Source: Chrysomallon squamiferum (lineage: Eukaryota > Animalia > Mollusca). Taken from it: 64,000 nt of DNA. Shown in pieces: positions 52,210 to 64,000 of the stretch (positions are counted from its first letter, which is position 1; the number at the start of each line of letters is the position of its first letter). The DNA lies in the NCBI GenBank assembly GCA_012295275.1, contig CM022675.1:2418001-2482000 (forward strand), read 5' to 3'. Below the pieces are notes generated by a model. That model was given only the letters and a program-made list of their open reading frames with translations. It had not been told where the DNA came from and did not search any database. The position numbers were made by a program, and so were the translations under genes.

Positions 52210-54708
52210 GTTATCATTAATTAATTCTGGTTTTGAGTCAGCTTATGGATTTTTTTTTAACTTTAATTTAATTTAATTTAATTTATTTATCTACTTCTTA
52301 TTTTATTTATTTATTTTTATTCATATATTTCCTTTTGCGCAGCACACATAAATCTATATGAATGTTATTATTTATTTATTTTATTTTTATTCTCAGATTC
52401 GACAGAAGAGCTAGTAGAAAAGATTGCCGACATTGAACCAGGTAACAAATGTGTACGGCATTAGAACTACAGACTTTAATTATTTACTTTATGTTGCTGA
52501 ATTGTTTCAGTTTTTAGTCTTCAGTTAAAATTGTCGACTTTCACATTTTCAAACTACTCATAAACACTTTCTAATGAAATGTGGCATATTCATATTAATT
52601 ATTCTTAATGTTTACTATTTTATTATAAAGTGAAAATTCGTCTGGCTGATGGTAATACAACTAAAGAAGGTCGACTAGAAGTTCTGTACAAAGGTAAATG
52701 GGGCAGACTGCACAGTCGTTATTTCTCCTACCGTGACGCTACTACAGTTTGTAGAACTCTCGGATTCAACAAGTAAGTTAATAGCAAATAGTTCTGTTTC
52801 TTGCTGTAGTTCTACCTTTCGAAGCCAGTATTTTGCAGTATTTTGAACGGAAATTTCTAAATGAAGAAATATAAACTAATCTTGTATATAATATCGAAGT
52901 AAAACTATATAAGAGAAACCATTGTGGGTGTGTGTCTGTAAAGAAGTAAGAAAAAATAACAATAAAATAGAGAAGTAAATAAATAAATGAATTAATAAAT
53001 ACATAAAAATAATATCGTGTATACGTGTATGTTAACATTGTTCTTACAATTAAGCTTCTGTCCTACAGCGCGTTTGGTATGCCACGTGGTAAAGGTTTCT
53101 TCCCAGAAGGCAGTGGACAAATCTGGAAAGGTGATATACGCTGTAGTGGATTTGAAATGAACGTAGATCATTGCAGTATATGGAAGATTATTGACTGTGG
53201 TGATGCCTGCACTGGAGAAGATATTGGAATTATATGTGACGGTAAAGAAATATTATTATCATCATCTTCATCATCATCATCATCATCATCATTGTTATCC
53301 TTATTATCATAGCAATTGTTGTTGTGGCTGTTCAGTGATGAAGAATAAACTTTGTGTTTTGTTCCACTATATCAGAAAATCCTGCACTATACAAACTGAG
53401 GCTGGTCGGTGGAAACAGCAAACAAGAAGGAAATCTTCAAGTATTTGATGATGGCAAATGGAATTCAGTGTGTAACACATATAACAATGAGAATCGAAAT
53501 GCTTACGTTGTGTGCCGGCAACTGGGTTATTCAAGGTTAGTAAGTATTTTAAGACTGAAACGTAAATGTGTAAAAAAATAAAAAAAATAAAATAAAACAA
53601 TAATAATTAGTGGTAGGTGTCGTAGTAGTAGCAGTAGTATAGTAGTAGTTGTAGTAGTACTAATGTTATCGCATATACATACATACGCACAAGGCCACAT
53701 ATACATGTTTAAATATACATAGAAAATATATTGATATAAATTTTAACATTTCTAATCAAAACGATGATTTGTTAAATACAAATTTCCTGTGATACTCTGA
53801 TATTTGTTTTACGACTATGGATCAAATATATCATTGTTAGTAAACGATATCTAGTATTTTACTTCTTATTATTTATGATTTTTGTTTTCATCAACGTTTG
53901 CGAAATTCTGTACACTGTCCTACACTAAAATATATTTTTGAATAACCTTTCAATTTTATTTTTACTTTTATTTTTATTTTGACTGCGTTTCTTCACAGAT
54001 TAGAAAACACTGATAATACTGAAACTGTTTCTGGAAATAAATGGAAGTATCGGGTCTTCAGCGTCGGTTCTGAATATGGACTGCATTTGTCTTTTCTTAA
54101 ACTTCGGAATGAAGAGAGTGAATGCAAATCTCTGTATATTAAGTGTTCAGGTATTAGTGTTAAAACTGTTAGTTTAGGTTACTGTCCAATGTTTATCAAA
54201 TAACACTAGCGACTTCTACAGAGAAAACAGTTTAGAATAAAAGAAAGGTTAATATTATTATGTTTTTCATCATGCTGTCACATTGTCAGTTCAGGCACTC
54301 AGAAAAACATATCAACATCCAACCACAGATTACACTCTTATTATAACAGTAACAGTTGTTTATCTGCAGAAGCCAAAATAAATTTAAAAAAAATAGTAAA
54401 AAAAAAAAAAAGTTGAATGCATTGATTTTATTGTTATGTTTATTTTCTAGTGGACGTATCAAACATTGAACTACGACTAGTTGGTGGTCCAAGCAGTAAC
54501 TACGGTGTCGTTGAAGTGAAAATAAACAATGAGTGGGGCAGACTGTATGATTCGAGACCTTCTCCACCAGACGCTACAGTTTTATGCAGAACACTTGGAT
54601 TTAACGAGTAAGTAGAAACAGAATGTAATATTAAAGCAGTTAAATATCACTTAAAACCATGTACTAATACCACTAAAGCTAATAATAATGATGATGATGA
54701 TGATGATG

Positions 54709-54775
<67 letters not shown>

Positions 54776-56508
54776 TAAAATGAGATCTCTAATAACATTT
54801 AAACTGATATAAAAACTGACATAATTACTCTATATAAATTGATGTACTTTTTATGTATTTATTTAAAGAAGTTATAAAGCAATATTACTGAGTTGGCGTG
54901 AGCATAATCTGACGTCAAGCAACAAAAAGATTTGGACATCAGATGTGTATTGTACAGGACTGGAAAAGAACATTAATGAGTGTTACCTTACAGTTATAGT
55001 ATACGATGATCATGAGAAGAACACAGCCCTGCTCTGTTCAGGTAATGTATTTTAGACAGCAGTCTCTACATATCTACCACATGTTTAATCATTTCTTCTA
55101 TGGAGAATAACATTCATTGTATTAGAGAGAAAACACAACGAAATTAATAATGCGATAAAACCTAAGTGATAAATTGTATGTGTGATATAACAAGACAATT
55201 TAGTTTCTTATAGGCTTTTGTTTCTTACTGCAGAAGATAAAGCAGAAATTCGTCTGGTTGGAGGCAGTTCAGAACGAGAAGGTCGAGTAGAGATTAAATA
55301 TCTTGGAATGTGGGGCACAGTCTGTGATGACTATCATACTGATTACAACGCAGCTGTTTACTGCAGAATGCTGGGTTTCACTAAGTAAGTTATTAATAAT
55401 CATTATTATAACAGCTGTTTACTGCAGAATGCTGGGTTTCACTAAGTAAGTTATTAATAATGATTATTATAACAGCTGTTTACTGCAGAATGCTGGGTTT
55501 CACTAAGTGATATTATTAATAATGATTATTTTAACAGCTGTTTACTGCAGAATGCTGGGTTTTACTAAGTAAGTTATTAATACTGATTATTATAACAGCT
55601 GTTTACTTTTGATTGCTGGGTTTCACTAAGTAAATTGTTACTAATGATTATTTTAACAGCTGTTTACTGCAGAATGTTCGGTTTCACTAAGTGATTTGTT
55701 AATGATTACTATTTTACAGGAGAGTTTTGTTTTATTAACTAAGTTATTGTGACTGATTATGATAACTGCTGTTACTAAGTTATTAATAATATTGTTTATT
55801 TCAGAAAGCTAGCATTGATGGAATAACTAGTTGATAATAAGTGTGATTAACAGGCTCGATTTTGTATTTAGTTTTTATTATTCTTATTAGTATTACTTTT
55901 AGGACACATCTCTCTTTCTTTTCGAAATTACTAATGATGATTATTATGATAGCTGTTTGATTACGTAGGACACTAAACATGATTAGGGTAGCTCCTTACT
56001 ACATCCTTGTAAGAAGGATTATTACAAATGTAATGACAGTAAAGAAATACATTTTCAAATGACTCATTCCATGTTTTACAGTTCAAATGCAACAGCAGTT
56101 GGTAGTGCTTATTTTGGTGAAGGATCGGGACCTATCTTTCTGCGTAATATTCATTGTTTGGGAAATGAAACAAGTCTTGAGCAGTGCAGTTTACAATGGG
56201 GTAACTATGCCTGTCGCCACGAAAAAGATGCTGGTATCAAATGTGCAGGTAACACTAACCAAGTGTTGATCACTATGTTTCTAGTTTTACTCTTTTTACC
56301 TGTTGTTCATAATAATTTTTTTAAGTATGAGTACCCATCATTTATTCCTTATTACTGTTATTATTATTATTAGTAGTAGTAGTAGTAGTAGTCGTAGTAG
56401 TAGTAGTAGTAATAATAATTATAGTAGTAGTAGTAGAAGAAGTAGTTGTAATTATAGTAATTTCTTCTTTTTTATTCATCTTCTTATTTCTTGTAAAAGA
56501 TAAATAGA

Positions 56509-56543
<35 letters not shown>

Positions 56544-57253
56544 ACAAACAAACAAACACTTAAATAAATAAAATAATACGAATACTAATCAAATAAATAT
56601 TTTAAAAATATATAAAAATGAAAAGTAATGTAAAGCTCACATACAGACAGAAATTCAGAATAAATATAGATGGATGACATTTGCTTTCAGAATTGATCTT
56701 CCATTTTTAAGTACAGTTTGATTATATATAATTATCAGTGTTATTATCATCAACCGAGTTCTAAAAGAATGCTACTCTGTACATTCGAAAGAGATTTTTT
56801 TGTCTGTATATATATGTTGTTATTATGATTAACGCATGTAATTATTCCTAAAGTCCTTTGAAATTCTATATTTATTTATTTTTAATTATGCTGATAAAAC
56901 TACTAGTAACGACAACATATAATTCCCAACTCTTAGCATAATCTTCATTATAACTCCTTGGAAACAATATAATTTTATTTGAGATAGCAACATCTCTAAA
57001 CATGAATATTGCAATACATTTTAAACAGAGCCAGAATCAGGCACTATCAGGGTGGAATCATGTACTGCTGATAATCAGAAAACTGGAGAAGATGCTGAAT
57101 CTTTGAAAATCGTTGAAGACAGGTAAACTTTTATTTTAACAGGTTTTGTTTATATATTTATACTTGTTTAGCACAGAACTGATGAACATGGATTTTCAGT
57201 CGCCTCCCTGAAGCACTAGCAAATAACGATCATCATCATCATCAACAAGATCA

Positions 57254-57297
<44 letters not shown>

Positions 57298-57325
57298 TTA
57301 ATTTGGCATTTTTATTGTATATATG

Positions 57326-57364
<39 letters not shown>

Positions 57365-57978
57365 ATTAGTAGTAGTAGAAATAGCAGTAGTATTGCTGTT
57401 TTGTTCTGTTTCTTTTTCACTTCAACAATTCAGAGACATTATCGATTCACACAACTATATTTTACATACATTAGTGACCTCTTGATAAACAACCGAATTG
57501 CAGACTAATTACTTTGGAATAAATAACTTTATAATTTCTAAAAGCTGAAATAAGCGACACTCTTTCTAAAAAAAAAAAAAAATCGAGAGTTTATTTTGAT
57601 CGAGGAAACTATAGAGAAATGCTCTTTTATGTTATATTCTTTTACTTATTCAGCTGTCCTTCGTCTGAGATCGGTAAACTGATGATACAGGAACCTGAAA
57701 GATCTGGAAACAACGTCACATTCAAGTTGAAAGCTTTCACCTTTAACAAAAACAACGCAGTCTCTACAGAATGTTCTGTCAAAGTTTGTCCTCCAGGTCA
57801 AAAAACTCTTTGTGAACCAGTAAGTTTTAACATTTTCTTATTTTAAGTTTTAGATAATGTTAAGTGTTTTATATTGTCAGCTTAAAATATGCATATCACA
57901 GTGATAAAAGTGAACATAATTGCCACACTGTTTACTATTATATTATAATAGTAGTTATTAGATAGTTTTTGACGTTTG

Positions 57979-58029
<51 letters not shown>

Positions 58030-58352
58030 CGATAGCTTACTATTATAACGGCAAAGAAGAGGATTAAACACAGCAAGTTATCTCCCCTGAAATGTAAATC
58101 TCTTTCAACCTTTAATATGAAAAAAAGACAAGGAATGATAACTCGTACTTAAATTAATAGGTAGAAAAAAACAGAGAGAAAACTGACACAAAACAACGGA
58201 CAACTCCTTTTTGTTGCTGTCAAAAGACAATTACGTAGATGCTTAAAGACGCAATGTCAATCTTAGCGAAGAAAACAATTGGAATATATTTTAATATAAA
58301 TCATACTTTGAAAATGATAGAATGTTATAAGAAAGAATGAATATATATTTTA

Positions 58353-58421
<69 letters not shown>

Positions 58422-59446
58422 TGATAATAATAATAATAATAATAATGATAATAATAATAACAATAATAATAATAATAATACGCTCAATTTGCTTCTCATC
58501 TTATCTGTAAGACAGCCCTGTTAAGGTTTATCTCTCCTGAAATGTAAATCCAGTCAGGCCTTGGAATGAGAAAAGGACAAAGAACGGTAGCTGATAGTTA
58601 ATTTAATACCAGACAAAGCTGATCAAATAACTGACAAAACAATTTGGTTTGTCTGAAATAACAAACATGAATGTGTATAAATACAACTAACAAATACACT
58701 TACAGGTAAGAAACTCTTAGAAAGGATAATGCATGGTTATTTTCATTTATTTATTTATTTATCACTATAAGATAGGATCAAATTGGTAAAACTGTGTAAA
58801 GCTAAAACTTGCAATTTCAAACTTCCTCTTTCTAAAGCCGCTAATTTGCTTATCATTTTTTTCTTATTATTCGTTAATAATATGTAAAACATTCTGACAT
58901 TAAAATGACTATACAGGAAGGAAACAATCAACCAATAAGTAAGAAAGTAAGTAGCAAATAAATAAAGAAAGAACTAAATAAACTTTCAAACTTAGGTGGA
59001 CTGCAATGGCAAGCAAGGCTTTGGAAGAAAACGAAGATCTGCTGAAACGTCTGATGAACGTGTCAGAAAGACATACACTGTTCTGGACGTGATCAATGAA
59101 GATCGAACATCAAGTGAGTTTATCTTAGACATCTTATGTTGATTTGAGTCATTAATTTGTTGCCATAGCTTATGTTTTGTGAAATTAAATCAATAGTTAA
59201 ATGCATATGTTTCTTTAACATATATTGCCTGCATGAAAGAAAAGAAACATCTGACTTTTAAACATTTTTATTCCTATTCTAGGTATTTCACAGACATCAC
59301 ATGAACAGCAAGGATCTGATCAAGTTAATGTCAGCACCACGATTCTGATTGTTCTCTGTGTTGCCATGGTGATGATCTTGTCACTTTTCATCGGGATTGT
59401 TGTGATCGTCTTCCTGAAGAAAAAAAAGGTCAAACCAGAAGAATGA
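49604..59446 (+). CDS. Copy 3: intact paralog, EGF-EGF-ZP with four SRCR domains inside ZP-C, TM; 19 coding exons, ~886 aa
   Basis: Exons 49604-49655, 50281-50403, 50533-50670, 50966-51153, 51436-51590, 51986-52128 (donor could be 52140), 52397-52441, 52631-52772, 53069-53241, 53376-53535, 53999-54150, 54451-54607, 54869-55041, 55234-55384, 56082-56248, 57029-57122, 57654-57819, 58996-59113, 59283-59446 (sum 2661 nt). Open frame, GT-AG sites, RKRR and TM present. Confidence 0.88.
52631..56248 (+). CDS. Copy 3 four-SRCR cassette (8 exons)
   Basis: IRLADGNTTKEGRLEV, LRLVGGNSKQEGNLQV, LRLVGGPSSNYGVVEV, IRLVGGSSEREGRVEI starts; same exon phases as copy 1. Confidence 0.88.
55351..55715 (+). repeat. 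61-bp minisatellite, about 6 copies, at the homologous junction of copy 3
   Basis: Unit cagctgtttactgcagaatgctgggtttcactaa|gtaagttattaataatgattattataa. Two to three decayed units also occur in copy 2 (29585-29740). Confidence 0.9.
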
Positions 59447-59888
59447 ACATGTCAACAAATTTAGTTAATCTGACAAACATGGTTCATGTTACTGTAGTAG
59501 CAAACTAGTAGATTTTTAGTAATTATCACTTTTTTATTATTTTATTTTATTTACTTTTTTGGGGGGGTTATTTCTATTTATTTATTTATTTGTTTATATT
59601 TGGGTTTTTTCTTTGCTTGCTTGCATTTAAATTTCACAGGTTTAGGGAGTAGTTTAAAGAACAGTCATTATTTTTATGAGCATTTTTTTGAATGGCAATA
59701 AGCACAAATTCTAAATGTTCAGATATAATTTTCTCTCATATTTGGTTTTGATATTCCGCTCTATTTGCAAGTTATCATAATTTTCTGTTTCCATCAATTT
59801 ATTCTTTATTAATATGATTGTTTATTTATATTTTCCCGTTTTGCGTTTGGCGGTTTACTTGTTCACTTCTATTTTACTTTTATTTTAC

Positions 59889-59944
<56 letters not shown>

Positions 59945-59945
<1 letters not shown>

Positions 59946-60213
59946 GAGTTACCGGACCAATTAACCGGACTTCTTGGGGCCTGAGGCATTGCGGATTTCT
60001 GGATTTTCCGGTTTTCTGGTTATAAGACATAAAAATACGTAAATAATTTTGCACAAATATTTAGGAATTTAAAACATAAAGAAAAACTAGATCTGGTCTG
60101 GTGATGGCAACACCCGTGCGCGCAAACTATGAAAATAGCGTCGGGAGAAAAATAACTTCAAGTTTTCTGGTCTTTCCTGATTTCAGGACGCCGGATAATT
60201 GGTTCGGTTCCTG
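59945..60213. mobile_element. MITE-like element in the 3' UTR of copy 3
   Basis: Imperfect ~25-bp terminal inverted repeats accggaccaattaaccgg / ccggataattggttcggt with internal ccgg/ttttctgg subrepeats. GC-richer than its flanks and not seen in the UTRs of copies 1 and 2. Confidence 0.55.
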
Positions 60214-60361
60214 TGTTAGTATTGGTATTAGTATCACTCATTTTCTTCCTTCTTCGGCTACTAGTAAAGCTTGAATCCGCATTTTTCTTACGATATGTTT
60301 CTTGTGTATTTATTATTATAAATATGATTATTTTATATTTCATTATATTTTCAACAATTTT

Positions 60362-60367
60362 AATAAA
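60362..60367 (+). terminator. Candidate polyadenylation signal, copy 3
   Basis: AATAAAAGCTTTTAGAAATGATGTTCATG is similar to copy 1 AATAAAGCTTGTAGCAATGAATGTCATG. Confidence 0.5.
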
Positions 60368-61425
60368 AGCTTTTAGAAATGATGTTCATGTTATTTGTTT
60401 TCTTTAATAAGCTAAAAATATTACTTGTATTGTATTTAATGTACATATAATTGTTATCATTACTCTACGTTAGAAAACAAATTACCTCACTGTTTTAGAC
60501 TTCTTGTTTATCATTATTTATTGTTTTCTCATCTGCTTTTTTTATGGGGATTCGGAACTTGGGGGTGTTGTATAAATTTAAGTTTTTGAATGTGCTTTAT
60601 GATAATGTTGAAAGCAATCAAAACATATGAAACATTAAATGCAAAATAGAGTTGAAAAATCAATTCAGAATTCAGTCACAAAAACAATTAATAAAAATAA
60701 TGAAAACTCATGCTGCTCTTTGCGAAGATTTTGTTGAAATTAGGACATCAGTCTACAAGTTTCATCTCACCTGTCTTGTTGACTCTTCAATGTTTACCGA
60801 TGTTTCTTCTTTTTTTTTCTTTTTTTTACTTTTGTATGTCCTGCATCGATTATTTTAATTATGATTCATTTTTATTTTGTATTACTTTTTTGCTATTTTG
60901 TGTTGATCTTGTTGTATTTGTTGTTGTTATTATTATTATTGACTCAAATATATACGTGTATGTACTGAAGAATTATTGATATAGTTAATGAAGAAATGCA
61001 AGTACAAATGTACACATACATTTCTTGAGTTAACGTACGTACCAATATAAACATATTTACTGAAGAACGTAAACTTGACCTACCTTGTTCCTTGGACACT
61101 CAGGAAAATGACACTGGCCTGACACATACAGCTTGATCTGTTTAGAATCAGATACAAAATTACACATTATGATGACTTTCACTCTTTTTATATCTTAAGG
61201 ACAAAGAAAATACCCTCTGCAATGCATCGTTGCTTCCAGATCTAGTATCATGTCTGATCTCGGTCAATTTTCATAGTCTGTTTTTATTTATTTATTTATT
61301 TATTTACTTACTTACTTACTTATTTATTTTGTTTTCTGTTAGATACAAGGAACAATACAAGGAAGTAATTATTAGTACACGTATTACTATTATTATTATA
61401 GTTATTATTATGATTATTATTATGA

Positions 61426-61459
<34 letters not shown>

Positions 61460-61810
61460 GTTGTTGTTGTTGTTGTTGTTGTTATTGTTGTTACTGCCTA
61501 AAAACTTAAGAAAATAGTTTAAGAAAAAAATGTGTAGAACAAAATAAAATACTAAAATAAAACTGTTGAAATTAATAATAACTGGAAGCGGCGACGAATT
61601 ATTAACTATTCACTCACACAACAGATGTTTAGTACGAGTTGATCAGTATGCAATAAAAAAGAAGACAAGATTCAATATTCGCCCTAAAATTGTGATAATA
61701 ATACTGACGATAATAATGAAATAAAAAATTCTAAAAAATGAAATAAAATTTTAAAATTATGAAAGACCTAATATAATTCTGTGTATCAGCGCTAACAATA
61801 ATAATAACAA

Positions 61811-61914
<104 letters not shown>

Positions 61915-62188
61915 TTTATATCGTATCGACCAATCGGAAGCTTTAACGGTCGGGAAGGTTTTATTTTATTCATTTTATTTTATTTTATTTTGTTTTTAAT
62001 TATTTCCGACTTTTCTCAAAGACAAACTTTAGGATTACTGGAAAATTAGCAACAAATTAAGATTTTATGTGTTAAAAATTTCTAAAGAGAACAAACCTTT
62101 CCGTTTCCTCAGTCCCTATAACTTGAAGAATATTTTGAGAAATGTTAAATTTAGAAACTAATATTTAACAGTTGTTGTTTAATGTTAT

Positions 62189-62355
62189 CTGCACATATCA
62201 TACCATCATCATTTCTGTGCGTACCCTTTGTATTGCCCCATACAAAACTACACTGGTCAAGACTGGTTTCGTTTCCCAAACAGTAAACAATACGAATGAA
62301 GATAGGTCCCGACCCTTCACCAAAATGGGCTTGACGAACTGCTGTTGCATTTGAA
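62189..62355 (-). pseudogene. Orphan inverted copy of the SRCR4 second exon (gene fragment)
   Basis: SNATAVRQAHFGEGSGPIFIRIVYCLGNETSLDQCSFVWGNTKGTHRNDDGMICA. Acceptor tttacAG is intact, the donor is mutated GT>AT, and one Cys is lost. I saw no neighbouring exons on the minus strand. Confidence 0.8.
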
Positions 62356-62809
62356 CTGTAAAACGTATGATACGTCGTTTTAACTTTTAATTTCATTTTA
62401 ATACTTTGATGAATATAAATTAAAGAAGTCAATAATTTATTTTAAAAATAATACTAAATAAATAATAAAATAAAGAATAGAAATAAATAAATAAATAATG
62501 AAACAAAATTCCGGAAGGTAATTAAGATCAGTTCAATCAGTATATTATACAAACCTTTCTAGACATCACAAACTTGTTTAAGTAGTTACTAATACTTGTT
62601 CTATGAGGTCCTTATCTCTTAACCATTTAAAACTTGATATACTAAAGCACGTACTTATGAGTGAATTAAATGTGTGAACTAAAATAATAACAATAACAAC
62701 AACAAAAAAAGTATTTATTAATGAGAAAAGGGACACATGTCTATTTTTTGTTCCCTTATATTTTCTGTAAACGGCTTTTATAATAATTATTATTATTATT
62801 ATTATTATT

Positions 62810-62845
<36 letters not shown>

Positions 62846-62848
62846 ATC

Positions 62849-62907
<59 letters not shown>

Positions 62908-63523
62908 ATAAACAATTTAATTAGCCTGAACATTAATTTTATATAGATGAGCCGGTCAATTTAATTGTTCTCCGACTTCGTCATTGAACCGTGCATTTTC
63001 AAAATCATACCACGCTACATTTGTATCTTAAGAATACTGTGTGACAGCAGGAGGCTTTGGGTGTAATACTTTGGTTACGATGAAGTATCACTATGAGAAA
63101 GACCTAGGTAAATGGTTAGTGGGGCAATCACAGGTTGTCCCAGTTGTAAGAGACCCCTGTTCTAAATGTAATACTAGCGAAACCAGTTTTATAACAATTT
63201 CTTCATAAACTTGTCAGACATGTTTGGACGCACGTATTTCGATCCTTTTTTATTTAAACTCATATTTATTACAGATCTGTATTTTTAAACGATATTTTCA
63301 AATACGTAATAGTGATGTTTAAATGTCGGTCTCTTTCTTACGTTCACATTTTTTAAGTGTAATAGTTAACTTTATAGTAAACGAGTCTGGTGCGTTAAAT
63401 TCATAACTAGATTTTAGAAGAAAATGTTGTTTGATTCACTACCAACATACAGAGGCATACATGTGCGTTCGCAATGCGAAGACGACAGACAAAAACGAAA
63501 AATAATAATTGTAAACAAAATGC

Positions 63524-63556
<33 letters not shown>

Positions 63557-64000
63557 TAATAATAATAACAACAACAACGATAACAACAACAACAACAATA
63601 ACAAAACAACAAGTATAACGAAATCAAGTAAATGTAACCATTTCACTATGGAAGGTTGTGTTCTTTGTTTGTTTGTTTTTTGTTTTTTGTTTGTTGTTTT
63701 GAGTGGATTTCATTAAGTAAGTTATGAATAATTATTGTCGTAATAGCACTGTAGTTTAGAATGCTATATTTTATTAAGTATGTTTTTAATAATGATTATC
63801 ATAACGGCACTTTTTATTGCAGAATGTATTTCTATTTATAAATTTATTAAACAAAATCTTGTTAGTTTCTGTATGGTGTGAATCTTGCATCTAAAAGTAC
63901 ATAAAATGTGCCTTCTTACTGTTCAGTATTCTTTATTTGCAAACATGAGCATACTCACATCACGATAAAATGACGTTATAACGCAAGTTTCATTAAATCT

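Overview
AT-rich, microsatellite-dense eukaryotic DNA, probably from a mollusc or other lophotrochozoan (inferred from the gene family). Almost all supplied ORFs are simple-repeat artefacts, and the real content is spliced. Hand-splicing GT-AG exons on the + strand gives a tandem cluster of three 19-coding-exon paralogs. Copy 1 (9755-20445, ~893 aa) and copy 3 (49604-59446, ~886 aa) are intact. Copy 2 (22098-32676) is a pseudogene with 4 nonsense codons, 2 frameshifts and broken splice sites. There is also an orphan inverted exon at 62189-62355. Each copy encodes signal peptide - EGF - EGF - ZP-N - start of ZP-C - four SRCR domains - rest of ZP-C - furin site RKRR - TM helix - short basic tail. 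The main oddity is that the SRCR cassette sits inside the ZP-C domain of an otherwise ordinary EGF-ZP protein, bounded by phase-1 introns. SRCR1-3 are highly variable between paralogs, while the EGF/ZP scaffold is nearly constant. Other features: a minisatellite made of a repeated exon end plus splice donor, duplicated candidate promoters/leader exons, ~11 kb of nested tandem duplications upstream of copy 3, a long inverted repeat and two MITE-like elements. All domain calls are by-eye motif recognition; no database search was run.
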